A DNA stretch of 63,981 bases, the filler included, from Guillardia theta CCMP2712 (taxonomy: Eukaryota; Protista; Cryptophyta), in assembly GCF_000315625.1 (NCBI RefSeq). It is 9 parts of 9 records of this genome, joined end to end, with 100 filler letters (N's around TTAATTAATTAA, not from the genome) between each part and the next. Parts side by side here need not be neighbours in the genome. Positions count along the whole stretch, not along the records: positions 23,737 to 35,808 come from NW_005434334.1; 8 more parts are not named here. One strand, written 5' to 3'. The translations under genes and the position numbers were made by a program. Every line of letters starts with the position of its first letter. Position 1 is the stretch's first letter. Of the stretch, positions 23,737-34,162 are shown piece by piece. A model generated the notes under the pieces. The model saw only the letters and a program-made list of their open reading frames with translations. It was not told the DNA's origin and did not search any database.

Positions 23737-26700
23737 ACCCATAGGACATTTCTCCCAGGGGGAAGAAAACCTCCCTTGACCCCCCTGTGTTCTCGACGGA
23801 TCCTGCCGGCCGGGCCCGTCAGTAGACCGACTGCAGCCTTCAGCCCCGCCTCAGACCCCCTGGAGGCCCGCCAGGAGGCTAAGTGTCCGGAGATTGGCCG
23901 GGGGCCCGATCTCTCCGGGCGGCCGTGACCGGTCAGCGGACCGTGTCAGCAGGCCCGTGACATGTCAGCCGGCTGACAGGGTCCGTGACCCGGCTGACAG
24001 GCTCACCTGACCGGTCACGTGACACATCACGTGACCGAGACAAGACTTTTTTATATCGCAGATCCAAAAACCCATAGGACATTTCTCGCAGGGGGAAGAA
24101 AACCTCCCTTGACCCCCCTGTTTCTCGACGGATCCTGCCGGCCGGGCCCGTCAGTAGACCGACTGCAGCCTTCAGCCCCGCCTCAGACCCCCTGGAGGCC
24201 CGCCAGGAGGCTAAGTGTCCGGAGATTGGCCGGGGGCCCGATCTCTCCGGGCGGCCGTGACCGGTCAGCGGACCGTGTCAGCAGGCCCGTGACATGTCAG
24301 CCGGCTGACAGGGGCCGTGACCCGGCTGACAGGCTCACCTGACCGGTCACGTGACACATCACGTGACCGAGACAAGACTTTTTTATATCGCAGATCCAAA
24401 AACCCATAGGACATTTCTCCCAGGGGGAAGAAAACCTCCCTTGACCCCCCTGTTTCTCGACGGATCCTGCCGGCCGGGCCCGTCAGTAGACCGACTGCAG
24501 CCTTCAGCCCCGCCTCAGACCCCCTGGAGGCCCGCCAGGAGGCTAAGTGTCCGGAGATTGGCCGGGGGCCCGATCTCTCCGGGCGGCCGTGACCGGTCAG
24601 CGGACCGTGTCAGCAGGCCCGTGACATGTCAGCCGGCTGACAGGGGCCGTGACCCGGCTGACAGGCTCACCTGACCGGTCACGTGACACATCACGTGACC
24701 GAGACAAGACTTTTTTATATCGCAGATCCAAAAACCCATAGGACATTTCTCCCAGGGGGAAGAAAACCTCCCTTGACCCCCCTGTTTCTCTACGGATCCT
24801 GCCGGCCGGGCCCGTCAGTAGACCGACTGTAGCCTTCAGCCCCGCCTCAGACCCCCTGGAGGCCCGCCAGGAGGCTAAAGTGTCCGAGATTGGCCGGGGG
24901 CCCGATCTCTCCGGGCGGCCGTGACCGGTCAGCGGACCGTGTCAGCAGGCCCGTGACATGTCAGCCGGCTGACAGGGGCCGTGACCCGGCTGACAGGCTC
25001 ACCTGACCGGTCACGTGACACATCACGTGACCGAGACAAGACTTTTTTATATCGCAGATCCAAAAACCCATAGGACATTTCTCCCAGGGGGAAGAAAACC
25101 TCCCTTGACCCCCCTGTTTCTCGACGGATCCTGCCGGCCGGGCCCGTCAGTAGACCGACTGCAGCCTTCAGCCCCGCCTCAGACCCCCTGGAGGCCCGCC
25201 AGGAGGCTAAGTGTCCGGAGATTGGCCGGGGGCCCGATCTCTCCGGGCGGCCGTGACCGGTCAGCGGACCGTGTCAGCAGGCCCGTGACATGTCAGCCGG
25301 CTGACAGGGGGCCGTGACCCGGCTGACAGGCTCACCTGACCGGTCACGTGACACATCACGTGACCGAGACAAGACTTTTTTATATCGCAGATCCAAAAAC
25401 CCATAGGACATTTCTCCCAGGGGGAAGAAAACCTCCCTTGACCCCCCTGTTTCTCGACGGATCCTGCCGGCCGGGCCCGTCAGTAGACCGACTGCAGCCT
25501 TCAGCCCCGCCTCAGACCCCCTGGAGGCCCGTCAGGAGGCTAAGTGTCCGGAGATTGGCCGGGGGCCCGATCTCTCCGGGCGGCCGTGACCGGTCAGCGG
25601 ACCGTGTCAGCAGGCCCGTGACATGTCAGCCGGCTGACAGGGGCCGTGACCCGGCTGACAGGCTCACCTGACCGGTCACGTGACACATCACGTGACCGAG
25701 ACAAGACTTTTTTATATCGCAGATCCAAAAACCCATAGGACATTTCTCCCAGGGGGAAGAAAACCTCCCTTGACCCCCCTGTTTCTCGACGGATCCTGCC
25801 GGCCGGGCCCGTCAGTAGACCGACTGCAGCCTTCAGCCCCGCCTCAGACCCCCTGGAGGCCCGTCAGGAGGCTAAGTGTCCGGAGATTGGCCGGGGGCCC
25901 GATCTCTCCGGGCGGCCGTGACCGGTCAGCGGACCGTGTCAGCAGGCCCGTGACATGTCAGCCGGCTGACAGGGGCCGTGACCCGGCTGACAGGCTCACC
26001 TGACCGGTCACGTGACACATCACGTGACCGAGACAAGACTTTTTTATATCGCAGATCCAAAAACCCATAGGACATTTCTCCCAGGGGAAGAAAACCTCCC
26101 TTGACCCCCCTGTTTCTCGACGGATCCTGCCGGCCGGGCCCGTCAGTAGACCGACTGCAGCCTTCAGCCCCGCCTCAGACCCCCTGGAAGGCCCGCCAGG
26201 AGGCTAAGTGTCCGGAGATTGGCCGGGGGCCCGATCTCTCCGGGCGGCCGTGACCGGTCAGCGGACCGTGTCAGCAGGCCCGTGACATGTCAGCCGGCTG
26301 ACAGGGGCCGTGACCCGGCTGACAGGATCACCTGACCGTTCACGTGACACATCACGTGACCGAGACAAGACTTTTTTAGATCGCAGAGCCAAAGACCCAT
26401 AGGACATTTCTCCCAGGGGGAAGAAAACCTCCCTGGACCCCCCTGTTTCTCGACGGATCCTGCCGGCCGGGCCCGTCAGTAGACCGACTGCAGCCTTCAG
26501 CGCCGCCTCAGACCCCTTGGAGGCCCGCCAGGAGGCTAAGTGTCCGGAGATTGGCCGGGGGCCTGATCTCTCCGGGCGGCCGTGACCGGTCAGCGGACCG
26601 TGTCAGCAGGCCCGTGACATGTCAGCCGGCTGACAGGGGCCGTGACCCGGCTGACAGGCTCACCTGACTGGTCACGTGACACATCACGTGACCGAGACAA

Positions 26701-27891
26701 GACTTTTTTATATCGCAGATCCAAAAACCCATAGGACATTTCTCCCAGGGGGAAGAAAACCTCCCTTGACCCCCTGTTTCTCGACGGATCCTGCCGGCCG
26801 GGCCCGTCAGTAGACAGACTGCAGCCTCAGCCCCGCCTCAGACCCCCTGGAGGCCCGCCAGGAGGCTAAGTGTCCGGAGATTGGCCGGGGGCCCGATCTC
26901 TCCGGGCGGCCGTGACCGGTCAGCGGACCGTGTCAGCAGGCCCGTGACATGTCAGCCGGCTGACAGGGGCCGTGACCCGGCTGACAGGCTCACCTGACCG
27001 GTCACGTGACACATCACGTGACCGAGACAAGACTTTTTTATATCGCAGATCCAAAAACCCATGGGACATTTCTCCCAGGGGGAAGAAAACCTCCCTTGAC
27101 CCCCCTGTTTCTCGACGGATCCTGCCGGCCGGGCCCGTCAGTAGACCGACTGCAGCCTTCAGCCCCGCCTCAGACCCCCTGGAGGCCCGCCAGGAGGCTA
27201 AGTGTCCGGAGATTGGCCGGGGCCCGATCTCTCCGGGCGGCCGTGACCGGTCAGCGGACCGTGTCAGCAGGCCCGTGACATGTCAGCCGGCTGACAGGGG
27301 CCGTGACCCGGGCTGACAGGCTCACTGACCGGTCACGTGACACATCACGTGACCGAGACAAGACTTTTTTATATCGCAGATCCAAAAACCCATAGGACAT
27401 TTCTCGCAGGGGGAAGAAAACCTCCCTTGACCCCCCTGTTTCTCGACGGATCCTGCCGGCCGGGCCCGTCAGTAGACCGACTGCAGCCTTCAGCCCCGCC
27501 TCAGACCCCCTGGAGGCCCGCCAGGAGGCTAAGTGTCCGGAGATTGGCCGGGGGCCCGATCTCTCCGGGCGGCCGTGACCGGTCAGCGGACCGTGTCAGC
27601 AGGCCCGTGACATGTCAGCCGGCTGACAGGGGCCGTGACCCGGCTGACAGGCTCACCTGACCGGTCACGTGACACATCACGTGACCGAGACAAGACTTTT
27701 TTATATCGCAGATCCAAAAACCCATAGGACATTTCTCCCAGGGGGAAGAAAACCTCCCTTGACCCCCCTGTTTCTCGACGGATCCTGCCGGCCGGGCCCG
27801 TCAGTAGACCGACTGCAGCCTTCAGCCCCGCCTCAGACCCCCTGGAGGCCCGCCAGGAGGCTAAGTGTCCGGAGATTGGCCGGGGGCCCGA
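23737..27891. repeat. 332-bp satellite, left array (~12.5 units)
   Basis: Unit spacing 24019, 24351, ... is 332 bp; near-identical copies; runs into a gap on the left. Confidence 0.97.
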
Positions 27892-28109
27892 CATAGCGTT
27901 GACATTTTGCTTTTTGTTCTTTAGGGTACATGGTTTACCGGCGGGGGTTGTTCCTTTGGTGTAGGCGTGTAGGGGGTGGCGTGGAGACCTGTTTCAAACG
28001 ATTTCAAACTGGTTTCGAAATTAAAGTTTATAAGTCGATTCTTGTTTCGGCCAAAACTATTTTAGTTTGTACTTGGGGATTGTTGAGTATAATCTGGGCA
28101 GCGACAGCC

Positions 28110-29285
28110 ATGGCGGACCGCTCGGAGCATCGAGCATCAACAAGAAATGCAGCGCAATTGGGTGTGGCGAAAAGAAGGAAGATGGAAGCGAATGAAAATG
28201 ATGCAATTGAAGATGAAATATCATCACCCCGAGATTTTCTAGACCAGCTTAGAACTCCTTTGTTCTTTTCGTCGAATGCTTTCGTCCTGAATGAACCAGA
28301 GCATACCAACAAGTGTGCACGTTACCGGCTGAGCAGCCTGGATATTGATTTTGTACTTGAGCCTACGCTTGGAGTTGTATTTCAAGATTTGCATGGTAAA
28401 ACTAGGCATGGAATCATTCGGAAGTCTTCAGAGCATTCGGTATCTGTCTACATTTTGTACACCAAGGAAATGTTACAAGAAGTCGGCCAGAATGTGCGAT
28501 TCAATGCACAAACATCAAGGATGATAGGATCTTTGGAGAAATTTGAGTGTTTCCAAAGTTTGTACACAGACGAGTTCCCTTTGAAAGATATCATCGGTGT
28601 TTTTAGAGTGAATTTTCAACAAGTCTCGATGAGAGGTTCAGCAGCCTCCGTAAGTTTGGGAAGTTCGTCGTTGCCACAATGTCTTCTTTGTGTTGGCTAC
28701 ATATACTTTGATATAAACTCTAGGAATGGTCATGAAGAATGTCATTTATCCTTCTTTGGCAAGCTCAATGTCACTTTCGACATGCTAAAAATCTTCTTCC
28801 TGAATGTCAGAAGTCAAGTAGACCCTTTTCAGCTTGCACGAGATATACACAAGCTGAGGACAGAATTGGAACGGTGGTTCAAGACACGTGGAGAACCATT
28901 TCTAAAACCTCATATCAAACGTGTTGAAGTGGACGTCGAGCACGACGAAGTCACCTCATTGCTCTTGATTCTGAAGGCCGCACTGCTGGCAATACCTGAC
29001 AGCGATTATTCAGGACTTACATGCTCAGGCTTGAAAAAAGGCGAGTGTTGTTGGACGGTGTGTGAATCAATCCTCAAGCACCCTTTCATTCAAGAACAGT
29101 TTCCTGTGCCATTCAAAGAAAATCCGTACCAGTTGGAGCCAGGATCTGGTTCGCTATACCTTGAAGGCCCTGTGCAGATCTGCTTGAAGAGAAACAGCCG
29201 TTTCAAAACTGTTCGTCTTTGCATCAAATTCAGTCGACTCGTAAGACTTTGCATGTTTGGAAGTGAAAGTTGGAAGATTCCATGA
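28110..29285 (+). CDS. Transposon accessory protein (391 aa) with BAH-like domain and NLS-like KRRK
   Basis: Intronless ORF (longer ATG start at 27930 possible). RHGIIRK...VSVYILYTKE...ECFQSLYTDEFPLKDIIGVFRV...LCVGYIYFD resembles the BAH consensus ELFxSxxxDxIxxxxIxGKCxV. Confidence 0.65.
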   Translation: MADRSEHRASTRNAAQLGVAKRRKMEANENDAIEDEISSPRDFLDQLRTPLFFSSNAFVLNEPEHTNKCARYRLSSLDIDFVLEPTLGVVFQDLHGKTRHGIIRKSSEHSVSVYILYTKEMLQEVGQNVRFNAQTSRMIGSLEKFECFQSLYTDEFPLKDIIGVFRVNFQQVSMRGSAASVSLGSSSLPQCLLCVGYIYFDINSRNGHEECHLSFFGKLNVTFDMLKIFFLNVRSQVDPFQLARDIHKLRTELERWFKTRGEPFLKPHIKRVEVDVEHDEVTSLLLILKAALLAIPDSDYSGLTCSGLKKGECCWTVCESILKHPFIQEQFPVPFKENPYQLEPGSGSLYLEGPVQICLKRNSRFKTVRLCIKFSRLVRLCMFGSESWKIP

Positions 29286-29431
29286 CGAGGAATAATTTGG
29301 AGGGGATCTCATATGTTGTTCAAGCATGAGGCAGCAGAAAATCGTACCAGGGTGCCTCGCAGACATTTGACTCGCATTTATTCGGATGAATAAAACACTA
29401 CAAAATTCAGTCTGACGTGTACAAGTCATGG

Positions 29432-31908
29432 TCATACGTGGCTTTGCAACAAGAGCTGACCCAGTGTAAAATGTGCTCTGCAACACTTATGGAACTTTCC
29501 CTTCTGGTCTTGCTTGAACGATGGGCCGTTTGCGCTGTTACATGGGCAGCGAAAATCGTTGGAATCTGACCCAGATGCAGATCCTTCATCCGAAGGTACC
29601 AACTTTTTTTTTGATTTTGCGATGTAGTTGTTGGCCAAAATCAATGCTCGCTGATAGGATGGACGGCCCTGCAACCTATGACGAAGCTCGATGCAAGACA
29701 TGTTGAGCAGTCCAATTTCAACTCCATATTTCTCGTAGAGATATGTGAACTGGTCTCCTACATGTCCAGACACCATTGAATGCAAGTAGAACGACTGAAG
29801 AAGTTTTGCTTGTCCAACCAAACGAATCAACTTGTACGCAAAGCTTCTAATCTGTATGGGCAAATTCTTCGCTTGATCCTGACTCATCTTCGCAAAGTGC
29901 TGCGTCTGTAATAGAAAAAGAATATCTCGTAGCTGCTCAATTGCCTCATCCCACATTTTCAATTTCTCTTCGTCTTGACATATGATTCGAATAACTTCAG
30001 GCAATACCCGAATCAAATCATTGCATTGATCGCCATCTAGCTGTGTTCGAAATTCTTGTAACCTTTTTTCACTTAATTGAATGTGTACGCCATTCATTTC
30101 AAATACCTGGTTGATGTGTGACAGCTTCCTCTTGTTATCAGCCACAGAATGAATAAATTTGATAATCGTATTGCAAATTCGCATCTTCAAGTGTAATGAG
30201 CAGTAGATAAAATCCATCGCGGTCAACTTCAAGGGTCGCAGTTCTTCATATTGCCTGCAGATCGGGATGTATCTTTGAACTGCTATTTTTGTCCCTGTAG
30301 GAATTAAATCATCTGGAAACGCCATGCAGTTGTCAATGACTTGCCGATTGTGATCTGTTTTGAGCTGGTCATATTCTGCCTTACTGCAGGAATCGAAGAG
30401 TTCATGAAATCCTGGACCTTCTCTGACCAATAGATTCAAGTCGCGCATGTCCTTAGGAAGAACTTGGTACTCGTTGCAAATACCGTGCCAGGTAAACCTT
30501 TCTTCAGCTGAGACAGTGTGAACAGCAAAAAACTTCGCAGATTTCTTGCTATGAAGCTTCTCGTTGCAGTGGATGCAAAATTCACCATCGCTATCGTGCG
30601 GTCCACCTCGCTGCAGATAAGCGTAATGTCCCGCCAAGTCTGCTCGAAAAAGAAATTCAATGCCTATCTTGTTTGAAGCATTGCCGCCGGCTTTTGACTT
30701 GTCCGCTCCGTACATAGCCTTCCCGTCGTGAATATGCACCCCTTCTGTCTGCAAATCTTGGATCTCCTCAGTGTAATAATGCCAAAAGTTTCTCTCTAAA
30801 TTTCACCGCTGTCCCTGTCGGGAATAATCATCAAAGTCACAAGCCTTGGTGCAAATCGCATCCTGGTTTCATGCACACTGATCCATTCGGCAGAATTCTG
30901 CTTGGTATGGTACGGCAAAATACTGATGGTAATCTCGGTATGTTTTTTGTCACTGCTTGAGCATTTTGTCAATTTTGTACAATCGCTGTTGACGGTTACA
31001 ATCAACTTGTCATACTTTCCAAGGTTCAATCGGTCTATCACTTTTTCAATAGTCCTTCGCAGCGAAGCACCGTGTGCTCCTTCCTCCGTGCAAAACACCT
31101 CCAATTCTTCATGCAGATTGTTTGTCATTGTGACGCGTGTTCGACAAATCTTCCGTACGGGAGTCGCAACGTGATTGCTAGTCCTGGGAGATAATTTCAT
31201 GATTGCCACATATTTCTTCAAAGCTACATTCGAAACTGTCAAACCAATGCTGCCCTCAACTTCATCTGCCAAGAAGAGCTTTGTAATGTACCTCAATGCA
31301 TACTGCAAGTCTTCGTCCGACCGGAGCTCTTTTCTCAAGAATTCTTTGATTCGAGGGTTCTTCATTGTTCCTATGACAAACTTTGCCAAGGGACTCTTGG
31401 GCTGCTTTCTCCGCCTGGGCTTGGAACCTAAATTTGAGCCAGAAGCTACCACCGTGACTGGCGGATTGCAGCGGTTTGTTCCATGATCGTGAGAGGTTGG
31501 CCCTTCATGCTCACTTGCATGTGAAGGTGAATGACTTCCACAGGTTTCAATGATCGGCATTTCTTCTGAACCACCGTGGGCCTCGATGCCTACATTTGAA
31601 TGACACTGCGAAGTACGAGGGGGCCCACTCTCACAAGGAGCTAAAGTCGAATGATTGCAAGGAATAACTGTTGCCTGAGAAGAAGCCATCATGCCAAAAT
31701 CCTGAGCAGGTAATTCCACAGTCATCTCTTCATGTCCATCGTCATCAACCATGTCATGATCATCCATATCCGAGTGACTGGCAGGATCAAATTCAGGAAA
31801 CAGATATGGAAAGTGTTCCAACTTCTTATCATCCCCGCTCTTTTCTATCCCAAAGGCTTGGCCAATCAGAGAAACAAAGAGTTGTACTGTCCTAACCATG
31901 GCTCGCAA
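29432..31908 (-). CDS. RAG1/Transib-like DDE transposase core, split by a 1-nt frameshift at ~30798; further 5' exons probably up to ~33500
   Basis: Ordered motifs IVTVNSD, FRADL...FCIHC, YCSLHLKMRI and FYLHSMVSGHV...IGLLNMSCIE parallel the RAG1 core KESCD, GYDEK...ICTLC, IDALHCDIG and YFHKTLAHV...IGAWASEGNE. Confidence 0.78.
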
Positions 31909-34162
31909 ACAGCGAGTGTGCAGAACAGATGTTCACCGAACATACTCAGAGGAAATTCCTGATGTGTAGAGGTGATGAGCCTGGAGGAGTGCTTCGTACA
32001 GGTCGTGAATCTCACGAAAAATCATTTGGTAAGCGAAGAGCATCAACAATACAAGTGAAAACCACCATCACGAGGATACATTGCAATCGAAACCGAGGCG
32101 TAAAATACCCTAAGCTAACTGCGATGCATGACAGGGAAACTGAGCTGGAGTAGATGGATGGAGGTTACACTGAAGACAACAGGGAATTATCATCAGATGG
32201 TGACTGGATTGTTCAAAAGCTGTACGGTCACCTGTGAGCTCAAGAACACATGTATGTCTGATAGGTTCGCAAGCAATACAGTGCATTTTAACCGTGAGCA
32301 GCTCGACAATGATGATCAAGCAAGTCCCGTGGTCCTGATCGGGATTATTCATCCAAGTTTTCAGAGATGTGTTAGAACAATGAAACATTTTGCAAATCAC
32401 CAAGGCCTGTGTCATTTCATCACATGATGCATCATGTAAATGTTTCTGGTGTGACTCGCATCAGAATGTGTTCACCAACGAGTTGCTGCCAAGCAGACGA
32501 TGTCAGAGCAAACATGAGCACTTTGGAAGATGCTGATATTCCAGGCCGTAGAGCATTTATGATGTGGCCACATGTCACATGCTTCTTGATTAACACAGAT
32601 GCACATCCGACAGGCAAAAGATGGAACGTCGCAAGGATTACAGGGAGGTCGGTTGTACTTGTACCCTGATTGTAACTCTTCTAATAAAGATGTGTTAACC
32701 TGGATGTGCAATTCTGTTTATTGATTCACAGCGTTTGCATGTGTAGCGTTTGCGATTCATTTACAATCGTCGAGTGCTTGCTCTGTATAACAAGGAAATC
32801 CACTGTAAAGCCATGCGACAAGAAGTCTACAGTTGCACAGTAGCATCATGCATTGTGAACTGACAAAACCAGACAGGATTGATTCGAAGAACATCTCATT
32901 TATTGATACGCACAAAGGCATCATCTGCACATTGTTTCATTTCTGACTAGGTTTCTGTGCCATCGAAAGCGTTGTGGAAATATCATGACAGATGAAAAAT
33001 TTGAAGAGCAGAAAACTCATCTAACGTCCTGAAACATGGAAATGCAGCTATCAATGCACTTGATCATGGATATAGTTATTCATGATCAACAGCAGATCTC
33101 TACAGTCATCTATGCGGGCAGGAAAAGTCATCCTCTGTGCAAACATATCTTCACGGTGAACGGTTGAGTGCATGTAACACTTGCCTCCACAATGATAGAA
33201 AAGTAAAGTGCATGAATCCTGACCGTAACACTAGAGGAATTGAAAGTGAGTGATGACATGAGGAAACATTTCCAAACAGAAAAGTCACATAAAGAACAGC
33301 TGGATCCAAAATTCTTACAAACCATGCATTTGAGCGCAACGTGCAACCCACGGCAATTTGAATGGAGGGTCGATCAGAGTTGCTTCTGCTCAATGGTGTA
33401 TGAATTGTTAGTGCCTTACCTGATCATAAAGATTTCATCTTGTCTTCGAAGCATATTTGCAAGTACATCCGCGGATTGCTTAAACCAAGGGCACATATTC
33501 CATTACTGCATGGATGATTCAAATATTGGCCCAACCTGCAGAGTTGAGAAAGAAGCTCGATCATCTCTTACAGGGATGATATGAGATCTTCATCTCATTC
33601 CTATCTCAGTTGGGTTGGATTCGAAGTCTCTCAATGTCAAGGTTCATCCTCGCGAGTCAGGAAGGCACCATTTCATCGCTTCTTGCTCGTCCAGGGAGAG
33701 AGGGCTTGGGGAATGAGAAAAGGGGGCTACCCCCCACCCCCTATTTCAGAGTTTCAAACTCTTTCAAAGGTGGGTAGTTGAGGGTGCTCCATGTCCACCC
33801 CACCCCCCAACCATAGTCAAACGGAGGGGTTCTCAGAGGTCGAGGTTCCGACCAGTTTGGCCCTCGTTTTGTACCATGTAAATGCTTCAATTTTAAGATG
33901 GTACCACATATACTTCTAAAATTCGTACTTTTACATTGGTTTGGCGTGGTGAGGTGTCCAAGCAACCCAAATTCAAATCACCCCACCCCTCATTTGCCCT
34001 GCGCAGCGACCATTTTTCTGAGAGCTAGTACCCTCCCCCAGCCCTGCTCCAAGGGGGGTACTATCTGATGGCATGGGATGGAGGCACCCCTCAGGTCCTT
34101 CGAAAAAAAAAAAATATTGCCAATTTTTCCTATGAGCGCCCGGCCGGAAAAGCAACGCTATA

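Larger units (their letters stand above)
27892..34162. mobile_element. ~6.27-kb DNA transposon with short TIRs inserted in one satellite unit
   Basis: The unit sequence GGGGGCCCGA|TCTCTCCGGG is split. Ends are CATAGCGTTG (27892) and CAACGCTATA (34162), a perfect 9-bp inverted repeat. The interior is AT-richer than the host and encodes a DDE transposase. Confidence 0.88.

Noticed and set aside
24019-27896. Repeated 107-aa ORFs (MTHHVTETRLFY...)
   Set aside because: GTG-start by-products of the 332-bp unit, which is not a multiple of 3. Broken by indels in several copies.
27892-34162. Helitron or P-element interpretation (A^T insertion, CATAG start)
   Set aside because: No Rep/helicase motifs or TC...CTRR ends, and no 8-bp TSD. 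The protein motifs fit a RAG1/Transib-like DDE core better.
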